64,000 nucleotides of DNA from Tubulanus polymorphus (Eukaryota; Animalia; Nemertea): the NCBI RefSeq assembly GCF_964204645.1, contig NC_134026.1, forward strand, positions 27,066,150 to 27,130,149, written 5' to 3'. The position numbers were made by a program, and so were the translations under genes. Below the pieces are notes generated by a model, which had not been told where the DNA came from, did not search any database, and saw only the letters and a program-made list of their open reading frames with translations. The stretch's first letter is position 1. Every line of letters starts with the position of its first letter. This document shows positions 25,745 through 37,420 of the stretch, piece after piece.

Positions 25745-26403
25745 CTAGTACAAATTCCGAGCGGTTCGAATCCCACAATACGCCAAAATCACTACGGCCG
25801 CTCTGAGCGCACATCGCATTTCAACGTTGCCGTTTAATAATTGTAAAATAACTAATAATAGTTTAAGTTTTATAAGGGTTAGAAGTACATTGTATTTACT
25901 GCTAGTGTATGTATATATCATGTACGGTTGCGAGAAATCCCTGCCCTGGTTAAACAGTAAGTCCACTAAATCTTTAAATTTTAAGTTGTTTAATGAAACT
26001 ATTATTGTTTTAAATTGTTAAAACTGCAAACTATGGTTGTCGAAGATGCACCTTCTTCACATCCTTTGAAATCCTGGATAGCATCGCTGTCGGCAAAGAC
26101 CTTCAGGTCTGTCTTCAACGGCACATCGCTTTGGAACAAGCGACTACTGTGTTATCAAATCTGAACTAGGTAAAAAAATGTTCCCCAAAAATAAAGACAA
26201 GTAAACGGATTAATTTGAGGTTTGAATGTTTTTGTTTATTTGTTGGTTCAAATCGAACCCTCGTCATCCTGATCTCCATAAATCTAAGAAAAGTATTCGC
26301 ACACTTAAAACAATAAAATACGAGCAATAAGCAATAACATCAGACTGGAGTAAGTAACTTTACTTAATTCACAGATACAATCCTACACAAAACAATAGCT
26401 ATT

Positions 26404-26644
26404 CAGTGGCGGATCCACCCCTCTATTTTTACCGATGTAGCCGCAAATCTATGCGTTACTGAGTAAAAACCGAATGAAATCTTTCTATTAAGTAATGCTC
26501 AGAATGCACCTGCTTGCATCTATTTTTCCAAAAAATTTTTAGGAAGGGTCTTCGCGTTATCGGTGCTTGCTCTGGAATGGCTTACAGCCATCTGTTGTTG
26601 CTTTCATTTGCCCCCCCCCCTTCAAAATGCTGGATCCGCCCCTG
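26404..26644. mobile_element. hAT-type MITE nested in the MULE
   Basis: Ends CAGTGGCGGATCC / GGATCCGCCCCTG (12/13 match); no TSD visible. Confidence 0.55.
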
Positions 26645-26779
26645 AGTGCAGACAAAATGATCGACAAAGACATACAGAACTCTAAAACAACAGTTAACAA
26701 TTTAAGCAACGATAGACAAAACAGATAGCTGATTACTTTACAAACCTGTTGTCAGAACCTTAATTATTTTTACATGTAC

Positions 26780-27320
26780 ATACAGAGGACTGTTAACAAT
26801 TCAACCAATGAAATTGCGATAGAGATACAGAACATACAGCTTTAACAGTAAACAATGCAACCAATGAAATTGCGATAGAGATACAGAACATACAGCTTTA
26901 ACAGTAAACCATGCAACCAATGAATTGCGATTAACTAAGACCTACGAGCAATTATCAAGTTTGATAATTGCTCGTAGCTAAGACATACAGGACAAACAGG
27001 ACTAACTTAATTGCGATAGACATACAGGACATACAGGATTAACAGTAGACAATTCAACCAACGAATTGCGATTAACTAAGACATACAGGACTAAACCACA
27101 GGACATACAGGACTAACAGTAGACAATTCAACAACCAATGAATTGCGATTAACTAAGACATACAGGACATACAGGACTAACTTAATTGCGATAGACATAC
27201 AGGACTAACAGTAAACAATGCAACCAATGAATTGCGATCGCGATCACAAAGACATACAGGACAAACAGGAATAAACCACAGTAAATTGCGATAAAAAAGA
27301 CATACAGGACTAACTGCAGT
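26780..27320 (+). repeat. Composite tandem repeat array inside the MULE
   Basis: Shuffled modules CAACCAATGAATTGCGAT, GACATACAGGAC, TAACAGTAAAC; a 56-bp unit is duplicated around 26794-26905. Confidence 0.85.
26942..26977. mobile_element. 36-bp hairpin insertion with 7-bp TSD
   Basis: CTACGAGCAATTATCAAGTTTGATAATTGCTCGTAG flanked by CTAAGAC (26935-26941, 26978-26984). The empty site TTAACTAAGACATACAGG occurs in neighbouring repeat units. Confidence 0.85.
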
Positions 27321-28092
27321 AAATATATAGGGCCTTAGGAATGCAAAATTCATTCATTTTGTCATTTGTAAACATTCCACAACTTATTTCATTATGTCAT
27401 TTCCAGTTTTCAAAGGGAATTTTCTTAACTTCAGATGCCTCGAGGACATAAACATATAGAAAGATCTGTCCCAAAAAAATGTCAAGTGTCTTTCATAGTG
27501 CAATGGGCCCTGGTTTCCACGTTTATATATCACATATAAAATTCTACAGAAACAATCAATGAATAAGTGAAAATTTACGAATAACAAACAAGACATTCAA
27601 GCAGTTGAGTAAGTTAAAATGGGACCAATCTATATATATTATATATGGATTATACAATTTAATCAGGGACAGCCTTGAACCGAGGTTGATGTGTCCATAC
27701 ACTCTCTTCATACACTCTCTGAACATGCATGTATGTATACTGCTGCCAATTGATGATAAGTCAAGGATGTTGAAGTTCTAGACATGGTCAGAATCATCCA
27801 GAGACATCGGCACGCATCACAATAACTGATGATTTTGCAGTAACCTGTAACATAAAAAATCAAGCGGTAATCTATTCACAAAATATATTTTCCTGAAAGA
27901 AAAAACCTGAAATAGAGCACTATAAACACCAGTGCATATACATCGCTTCTTAACCTTATATATAATCGAGTAAATATATAGGTGACTAAGTGACGGTCAT
28001 TATAGGCTTCTACGTTCACCATGGGAAATGAAAATATTTCTAATGTCAGGGATTCATTCGAAACCCGATCAATAATATTCTATACAAACTAT

Positions 28093-31000
28093 TTAGGAAA
28101 TCGGGTCACAATGAAAACAAAACCACCTGATATGTTCAGGAGGAGCCTCATTGATTGGAGCACATTTCCAATGATACCATCTATGGCAATTATCACATTC
28201 AATTGAGAATGTGGACTTTTTCTTAGGATTAGCATTGCATTTTTTGTGGCAGACAGGGCAGGTTTCAGCAACTAACTGAGAAGGGGTTTTTTCAACTTTT
28301 GATGACAAAAGATTATCTAGTTTCAATTTTGCTAGGTTTTGGAGGCCTGCATTTCCAGGTTGATCTATAAGAATTTCTAATTCTTTTTCAGAATTGGAAT
28401 TATTGATTTCTGTAATAGGAGAACTGTTGAGATAATCATCTCTATTATTATAATCGATTACAATAGATTTTTTCTTATGATGATTATGTTCAATACGAAT
28501 GTGCTTTTGAAGGAATGTTTCACTTGCATATGAATTAATAACCCCATCTGCCCAACAAATAGCACATGAGATAGGTTTCAAAGATGAATGAGAAGTGGAT
28601 ATGTGCCTATCTAGTTCCCTGCGACATGAACAAAGATATGGAGGATTTATTTTGTCTTTAATACAAAAGGAACAGACAATACTTTTTTCAAATAAAACAG
28701 ACTTCGAGTCATTTTTAACAACTGGTATTGACTTAATATCTTTTGGTTTGGTATCTTTTGATTTTTTTGGTAAGGATGATTTATTCTGACTTAAAATATC
28801 TGCTGAAAATTCGATATCATTGCCAGGATCTGGATCAGTGGAGTCTATGGTTTCAATTTCTGATATTTTAGCTTTTTTACCTAGTTTGATAGCAGCATTT
28901 TCAACCATAGCAGAAAAGGATACACCTCTGTTAGCAGGTCTAATTATCTTTCGCCCTCCGTGTCTTGCATTCTCAGCATCTTTAGGCATTGTAACCTTAG
29001 GGCAGTAAGGGTCTATCACTTCAAGTTCAGGAAGGTTTATGGCAACCTGATTGTCCTTGATTGGACCCTCAGCACGCCTATGAGCCATATTGTGAGGTTG
29101 TCGTTTGGCAGGTCGTCCGCTTATTAACTTAATTCCACAGTGGCTTTCATTATGTAAAATACTTAGAATGTGCCCTTTCCGAGCAGCATTGATATCATTC
29201 GAGCTAGCAATGTGGGAATGATCTTTTAACTTATCAATGAGGGTAGATGAAACAGAAATATTTTGTCGAGTAAAATTGTAAGTTGGCAGAGGCTCCACAA
29301 TGTGGAATTTATATGCATCAATTAAAGCCTTCGTTGTGGTTATATTGTTTTTTTGGGCAAAACAGGCAAAAAGATGTTTGCAAAAATATGGTTGTCCAAT
29401 CATTATAAAAGCTTCACAAGTACATATACCTAGTTTCAAATTGATTAAATGGCAATTACCATCTACGTATGAAAGACAATTTTCAGGAACGATTGTAATA
29501 ACGTAATTGAATAAGATACGACTGGATATTGAATCTAAATTTCCTATGTACCTTCGGCATTTTTTTGAAATGTCATATGAATGTTCCTCGGATATTGATA
29601 CTTTATCGGGGAATCTTTCTTCTAAAACATCAAGCTGATTGAATGTATATTGAGTATCACCATTGAAAAAATTATCATTATCTTCTAACCTATTTAAGTT
29701 CTTTCGTGAAGAACTCTTCACAACAAACCAATTAGTTTCTTCATCATATTTTAAAATCTCATTATTCTGTAATAAATCAAAGGCTCTTTTGCAACACTTT
29801 TCTATCTTTTCAAGGTGACGTATATTCTTAACTCGTTGGTCAAGTTGCTTAAATTGGAGATTGTTCATATTTGTCGCTTTGATCTCATCATTAAAAACAT
29901 TTTCAAACAGTAATCGTACAAAAGATGATATCAGTTTATTTAGGTGTCCACTTAAGTAGACATCATCTATTTGTTTGAATTTGCGCTCAGTAATATTATC
30001 AGTTAATAGCAAAGGGTTATTTCTGTTAGATTGGTCTGACTGATAAATTGATTCAGCATTGAATGCCCCAGACCAAATTTGGGAATTAAACCAATTCTTC
30101 TTTAGGTAATCAATAAATAATGTTTTTGTATCTTGCGACATAAGGTCTAAAGAAATATCATTCTCAATAAAACTAATAAATGAATTGGCTATATCAGTTC
30201 TAGAGGAAGCATCCCATGATCTCATAATGCATTTGAAACCAGTTTCTAGAGGCTTGCAAAATAAGCGAAGTTCTTGATTTTCATTCATGAAGCGACGAAT
30301 ACACTGCAGGACATGAAAATTACATAGTACTGATTTAAGATTATTGTCAGATGCTCCTTGCTTTAGACTTGCATCTTTATCATGTTGTACAAAAGGACAA
30401 AATCTAGATGTTGATGAACATGGCTTGATTCTGAAAAAACCATTGCCATCATTAAATATATAGAATTCAGATGGATGATTACATTTTTCGTCTTTACATG
30501 GTGTATTGGCTAGAACTAACTGGATGGTAGTTGCATGAGTAGCCCCCCCTTCATCACTACTAATTGATGCAGCAGCAATACGTCCTTCATTTTTGTTGTC
30601 TGCAAAAGTTACAAATGAAGTTTTGAATTTCCACGAATTGAAATCATGTTTCACGTCAATACCAATGACAGATTGTCCAAAGTTGGATAAATGTTCCAGA
30701 GAACGAGGATCAGAGAGAATAATGTGATAATTACGTTTGAGTGTGGCATCCCCTCGTTGAAATAAAAGGACAGATTCATAGTTACCCTCTAATAATTTTT
30801 CAGTATTTCTCCAATCAGAACTTAGAATAGGTATTTCGTCTTGAGATTTCATATGTAATTTTATCGAAGATTTATCAATATATTTCAATCTATTTGAAAT
30901 TTGATCTAGGGTATGGTCATGACCGGCGCCATCATTTACATTTGATACATGAAGGTTATTGTGAGCATTGGTGGCAGAAAGAACCTTCATTGCTGTGGCT

Positions 31001-33829
31001 TTCATCATGACTCTATTTTCATCCCATCTATCTCTAGTAGATAAATTAGGTCGCTTTTTAATTTGTAAAGGAATATTGTCATGATATTGACCATTAAGTG
31101 GTTTGCTGAAGATTCTCCACTTGGATAAATCAGTACTAAATAATACAAGTTTCGTTGCCCAATAACACATAAAATGAGGGTGAATTAATTTTTTTGGCTC
31201 AAACTGCTGCCTTAACTTCACAGGACGATCACGTTTATTCTTCAGCTTATAGTTGTAACAGTTGGAACAAAGTGTTTCACCATCAGCATTTTTCCTCCAT
31301 TTGTTAGACATGGTAATGGAGCAATGAATACATTGTTTATCATTTAAAACAACGTCAATTTGACATGAGGGACAATTAGTGATGTTACTGGACATATTCA
31401 ACTTTGAAAGATAATATCCACATGATGATTTACAAACTGAAGACTTTGACGAACATTTTATGAGCATTTCTGCAGCCACAAATTGAGAAGTATCCTCAAC
31501 AATTGGCTCAATAAATTCAAATTTATTATCTAATCTATGGGTTTGCCAATTCTTTTTTAATGTTAAGGAAGCTTTCATCGTTGTCTGGTTACCAACAAAT
31601 GAAGGCCGCACATTCTTATGCAGACGAACTGTTTTTGTAAAATCAAAAGTGAATCTATCGAAATAATATTTTGTGTCAGCACCAGTCATTACTTCCCCAT
31701 TTTCAACCCATTCATCACTAAGTGGATTCTGGTTGTTGAGGTATTTCTTGATAGTGTCAATGGCTACCTGGTCATTTGTACCTTGGTCTGTACAATGAAA
31801 ACTTTTATACTTCGTCTTACTGCCAGTTGAATGAAAAGCAACTTCAAGATAATGCTTTCCTCTCCTGATGCGATGGGAGATAGTAGTTTTAGAACCATTA
31901 ATATGGGAAGTTAATGGTTCAGCTGAATTTAGAGTTAATGAGGATTGAGGATTCAAAATTGAGGATGTAGATTCAGGTGTAGATTCATTATTCGAAATTG
32001 GTGTAGATTCAGGTGTAGATTTAATAGTCAAAATTGGTGCAGATTCACTATTCGAAATTGGTGTAGATTCATTAGTCAAAATTGGTGCAGATTCACTATT
32101 CGAAATTGGTGTTGATTCAGGTGTTGATTCATTAGTCAAAATTGGTGCAGATTCACTATTTGAAATTGGTGTTGATTCATTAGTCAAAATTGCTGCAGAT
32201 TCATAATTCGAAATTGGTGTAGATTCAAGTGTTGATTCATTATTCAAAATTGGTGTAGATTTAGATTTGGCTGTAGTTAAGACTGATTTGCTTTTTTTAG
32301 GGGCAATATAAGAGTCTGACATCTTTAATTCAGAACTAGCTAGTGTATTATTTGACTCAGTTGATCGTTTATGTCTCTGTCTGCGAGATAATCGTGATAT
32401 CTTAGAGAAAGTAGTACTATTAGCAGTAGGTTGAGATGACTTTGAGAAGAGTTGAGTAATATCAATTAGATGTTTCATAAGCCAATTAATCAATATCAAT
32501 CTAACAAAATCAGAATAGTTAGAAATGTTCTTAAGATAAGATAATTCATTGGGAGATGAAAATACACTTGAAATATCCTTTTCATAATAGGTTGCAATGC
32601 AAGCACCAATTAATGTAGCAGGGCCACAGACAGATGAACATGATTGGAGTGGGTAATAACTAGTACAATTATTACTACATACATGCACTGAATTTTCAGT
32701 AACAAAATGAGGATCATGGAGGTGGATATAAACAGGATCAGGGCAATTCAAACCTTTCAAAACAGATCTTAAATGATTTTTAAATTCCCTTGGACAATCC
32801 CATGCTAGTGTATCAGCATAACACAGTTTGTTACTTTTTGGGTAAAAAACTGCTAGTGCATAATGATTGGCAACAACATGTCCATAAGAATTTAGAAATA
32901 CGAAATCGTTTTGGGTGCCAACATGCAGGAAAAAAATTAGTTTATCACAACTTATGAGTGGATTAGGACCGAATCTTTTATATAAATTTGAAACATATTT
33001 CTTAGCATCAAATGTAAGTGGCATCATAAATGCATGAATATTACAGTACTGTTCATTTATCATAGATGCAAAAGCATTTAACACAGATCCTTCAAACCAT
33101 TTTTGATTAGTCATCGTCTGAAGTTCTGATACAGATACGCTATTATTATTACCAACTGGAAATTGTTGAGAGGGTTTTAAGGAAAAGAGCATATTTGAAA
33201 ATGCTTGAATCTGTTCCCAATCGACTGAATCAGTGGGGCTTAAAGGCTTACTATTTACCCAAAGATTCATGGCAAAAAGATCTTGTTGTTTGGTTTTAGC
33301 ATAATGTAAGAAAAGAAACCTATTAATCTGATCAATAGAATAGCAGCCTGTATCGAGTCTCACATGGATATTAATGGAAGGGTCACGGACAATCCTTGAC
33401 TGCATCTGTGCTTTTATGTCCTCCAACTGATTTTTGTGGGGCATAGTGGGGGCATCATCAGCCAAATGACATGAATTAGACATGTCACAAATTCTGAATG
33501 ACGTGACCTTTGATGGCATAACAGGAGGAATTTTCAAAAACTGATAGTCATTGAGGCACATTTCTGTTGGATTGTAACTAAAATTTCTTCTACATACATG
33601 TTCATCATCAGAATCATTCTCATCACTATCATCAATTATGATTGGTTCGATACCTCCACCACCTGTGATACTTAGCTGTTTTTTGTTTTCCATCCAGCTA
33701 TCTTCCTGCATCTTTAATCTTTCTATCCTTTCTTTCGAACTATCTTCCTGCATCTTTTCTGCTTCCTCTATCGTTCCTTCCGAGAAATTGTCACAAGCCG
33801 CGTCCTTTCCTTCTTCCTCCATTGTCCGC
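28093..33829 (-). CDS. Giant exon: Ulp1/C48 protease - S/T repeats - GATA finger - MULE DDE transposase - SWIM - 2xC2H2 - PHD
   Basis: Uninterrupted ORF of about 1,910 codons. C48: NHYAL / ADTL / LQSCSSVCG. GATA: CIHC-x17-CSNC. MULE: IGIDVKH, QHDKD, LCNFH, TDNITERKF. SWIM: CTC...CKH. C-terminal C2H2 fingers and PHD CPVC...IECDNCHRWYHWKC...WFCFHC. Confidence 0.9.
31960..32265 (-). repeat. In-frame coding tandem repeat (NESTP/ISNSESAPILT units)
   Basis: Repeated GATTCACTATTCGAAATTGGTG / GATTCATTAGTCAAAATTGGTG units in multiples of 3, so the frame is preserved. Confidence 0.9.
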
Positions 33830-33990
33830 CTGAAATACACATTATCAACTCACTTTTTTTAGACATATGAATAGATAGAGTATGAAATTACCCATATAGG
33901 CCTAACATAAAACATGGGTATCTCTGAGTCATTTGCATTAAGTCATTTAGATTTGTAGGTACTAAATTAATTGAATTATGTTGTACTTAC

Positions 33991-36725
33991 ATTTCAGTAT
34001 GGTTTAAACTAACATGGTCTAGAAGATCTTTCCAATTGGTGAATTCAACTCCGCAAAAACATGTCGAGTCAGCAGGATCCGTCTGTGGATGAATAACCTA
34101 ATGTGGAAGAGCACATTAATCTGTTTTTGCTTCAACATCTAAGCAAAAATAACAAAAATGAACCCGCGTCTCGCAGAAAGGGCATCAAACTTACATGTTC
34201 CACTGACTTCCTTTTTCTGTTAAATCTTTTAGTATTGTGACAACTTCTATTGTAGCATCCCTGAATATGAAAACAAAGCTTTACAGCATAAATCATACCA
34301 ATACCAATGAATTTCTATAATTTCATTTCGAGAAACATATTACTCACGTTCTTAGTCTGATAAAAAGGAGTAAATAATTGAGGCTTTAAACAAATAGCAA
34401 CACCAGCCACATCAATTTTAGTCATGTACTGGAAAAAAAAGACAGATTTGTGCATGCACAGCCTTTAGGTAATTGTGAAATAAAAGTGACCAAACTAATA
34501 TTAAATCATAAGTTCTTGAGATGATATGTACCTGGTCGAATGTGAAAAAGGCTCTTTGATCTTCACAACAGAATTGTTTCCTTGTATGATGCGCAACGTC
34601 AAAACTGCTATACTGGATTGAAGGATACAAAAAACTGTTAAAATATATCTAACTTTATAAAGATAAATCACGTACAAATCACTTAGGAAAACAACTTTAC
34701 CACTATTGTTGAATCATCCCATGCTCTTGCTTGATCATCCTTCAATTTGTTTTTTGCTATCAGCTATCAATATGATTCATTAATTCAATGCAAGGATTTT
34801 GAATAAAGTGGTTTCGTATTCAAGTTATAAAAACTAATTGCAAATCATTCATTTTCTAGGATATCAATGCTAAATGATTACCTTTCGTCGATGGACTGCT
34901 CTACTTCTTTGCATCTTTTCAATCTCATATGGAAAGTATTGAGGGCACCTGATTAAGAATCATTCATTATTTCCAGTACAATCATAAAATTTATGTAGTT
35001 TGCATACCTGGTAATTGGATAAAATAATGCAATTCTACGTACATTTCATCTTCATTTTTCAATAGCAGTAGTTCCATTATCCTGTTATTTATGAACTGAT
35101 TTCCCTTACGGCTGGGGTGTAACAAGTCAGTCCTAGATCACAAAATTTAGAAAAAAACAAGTTAGTTTAAATCGCGAAAAAATGCACATAACCTACTGGG
35201 CTTATTAAGATTAAACGATTACTTACGGTGAAAGGAGATCTCTTGAGAAGTGAAAATCAACGAACTTTACACCAAGTGTAAAGCATTCGCGGTGCAGCAT
35301 TTCATTGTAATGAAATATTTTTGTGTCAGCATCGAAACTTTAAAAAAGAAAGAAATTTAAAAATCATTACATCGATCATAAATATAGTACTTCAAGAAAA
35401 ATCTATTCTTGATACTTACTCATCACATCGAGGAAAAAGAGCTGGTACAATGATGGTCCCAGTACATTTATAGAGCAACAATCGAATTAATTCAACGTGT
35501 CTTCGCAGAACAATCTCAAGCGGGACATCACGCGTCATATTATTTGTTCCAACATGGACGATTAGTTGTTCCACATTCAGCATCTTCACCTTTTTCAATT
35601 CTGTAATATACAACTAATCAGTAACCCAATGAAAATGAACAATATAAATCAGTACTGAACCGAGAAATTACCTTCCATCAATGTTTCAATGGTTCCTCCG
35701 GGGCACACGATCCTTGTCCATTCAAATAAGCCTACACCATCTAGCCCAGCATACTTTAAAATGCTGTCTGCTACGAGACCAATACGCTACAAAAAAGATT
35801 ATTTGTCAGTCTCAGGCCAATATCACAGGGAGGTGTGAGAGAGCACACTGGTTACTGTAAGACCCTACTACATGCAAAAGAAGTGACACATATATGTATA
35901 TCAATGTGATAGAATTGATTGAAAAAATTGTGCATAATAGTAGCTAGTGCCCAAAAATAGAACACAGTGTTATTGAAGTGAAAATTTCTAAAATCCTCTG
36001 AAGCGGTGCTTATTTGGTAGCTACATGGGTATTCTAATTGAATAAGCATAAAGATAAGCGTGCACACACAGTAGCCTATGCATAAACAAGGGCCAGTTTC
36101 ACCTTCACCTAAAAGTCCTGCAGTGTGAAGACTAACTTGTTCACCTAAACCACCTCTACCAGGCTGTGGAAGGCCTAACATCAGGCACTAAATTAAAAGA
36201 TTCCTCTAAATCAAATTATCTATAAACATCCTCTTAATTGCAGGCAGACTGATTCAGGGAGGGGTGCAGCCCAAAATAGGGCATACATATCAGTATCATA
36301 TATAATTAAAAATCAAAAGGGCACCAGATCATCAGAAAACATAATACCTATATTTTGGAAGTAGGCCTACAGAGAACATGTTTTGGAATATAAGCTTTTT
36401 AAAAATACTTGTTGATATTTTTAATTTTTCCTTTAAATTTCATTGCGACTTAAAAGTTTTAAGGGGTGTACACCCCTGTATACTCTCCTGATCTGCCCCT
36501 GAATTGCCACTTAACAAAATTTCTCAGCTTAATTGTTGGCTAACTAGCTCAGTGAAACTGGGACCAGACCTAATGCATACACCCTCAGTGGCCAGGGCCA
36601 GGATTAAACAGTTAGGCTACGTATATAAATAAAGGAATGAAAAGTACTTATCCTGAAATTGGTTAGGCTATCTATCTGCAACAAGAAATACATTTTCATT
36701 GACTCTGAATACAGGGAACTACCAT
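33991..36725 (-). CDS. Short exons encoding SGNH/GDSL hydrolase plus C2H2 finger, splicing in frame to the transposase exon (36723-36725, 35672-35786, 35420-35600, 35227-35337, 35043-35132, 34882-34948, 34701-34763, 34532-34612, 34348-34428, 34195-34260, 33991-34097)
   Basis: All introns GT-AG with compatible phases. SGNH blocks: LVADSI, CPGGT, HVGTNN, DLLHPS. C2H2: CFCGVEFTNWKDLLDHVSLNH. The phase-2 donor at 33990 fits the acceptor at 33830. Confidence 0.75.
36090..36566. mobile_element. Degenerate Harbinger-like MITE with a nested hAT-like MITE (about 36241-36501) in the transposase gene's first coding intron
   Basis: Ends GGGCCAGTTTCAC / GTGAAACTGGGAC resemble the 2749-2877 family; internal CAGGCAGA...TCTGCCCCTG ends. 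Confidence 0.4.
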
Positions 36726-37420
36726 TCTTCTGTTTCGAGGCCTTAAAATTTATTGTTTATTTTTTGTTGCTGGATTTGGAATGGTTGTTGGAATATTTAA
36801 GGCCTAGTAGGTGGTGACTGTGTACGGGCAACATAGGCCTATACCCAGTGGCATGGCAATGGCATGCCACTGGGTACCCACTACTGCACTATAGTATACT
36901 GCCTACGGCTACTGCGACTGGTGGTTCGGTTGGCAGAAATTACTTTTTAACATGGGGGGGGGGGAGGGGGGAAGTAAGCGTGGATGAAGACAAATTAATT
37001 TAGCCGAGTAAGTAGCAAGCAAGTAAAGTAGTGGCAGTACAGTAGGCCTAGCGACAATGTGAGTGTGGTGGTAACGTGGCCGTGGTGGCAATAACAAGAC
37101 TCCAAAACTGGCAAAAGCCAAAATTAAAAAGCCCTGCCGCCGCGCGGTCGCGACGCCTCGCCTGCACCACCGTGTACGATCCTCGCGGCGTTCACCAGTG
37201 TTACCCAGTGAGTTTTTTATAATCTTGCAATCTACCTCTTTTTTCAAACCAATATTCCCACCAACTGGTCCGGAGACAAGCTTAACACGTTCGGAAAACA
37301 TGATTCACAATCTTTTAATCAACAGCCAGCAAGAATACACTTGACAGAAAATTCAAATTCAGCGGTTAACCGTTAAAAGTGAGTTGTTTAGCTGTGGGAG
37401 TAACAAAAAGGCGATCTTGA

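Noticed and set aside
25725-25780. tRNA gene
   Set aside because: It has a B-box, but the spacing is too short and no acceptor or anticodon stems can be drawn.
26780-27320. Repeat array as a CRISPR locus
   Set aside because: There are no unique spacers, no constant repeat length and no cas genes; it is a shuffled satellite in a eukaryotic transposon.
28093-33840. Host GATA/PHD transcription factor, viral gene, Maverick or Zisupton
   Set aside because: It lies within TIRs with a 9-bp TSD and has MULE DDE/CxxH/SWIM motifs. No polymerase, capsid or integrase is seen, and Zisupton has 8-bp TSDs.
33838-33840. GTG start given by the ORF track for the 1915-aa ORF
   Set aside because: It falls in the intron acceptor (GTGTATTTCAG). 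The start is either the spliced upstream ATG at 36725 or the internal ATG at 33822.
34020-34138. Alternative acceptor giving a terminal exon that stops the SGNH gene before the transposase
   Set aside because: Possible as a minor isoform, but the acceptor at 34098 yields a clean C2H2 finger and an in-phase donor, so it was preferred. Not excluded without RNA data.
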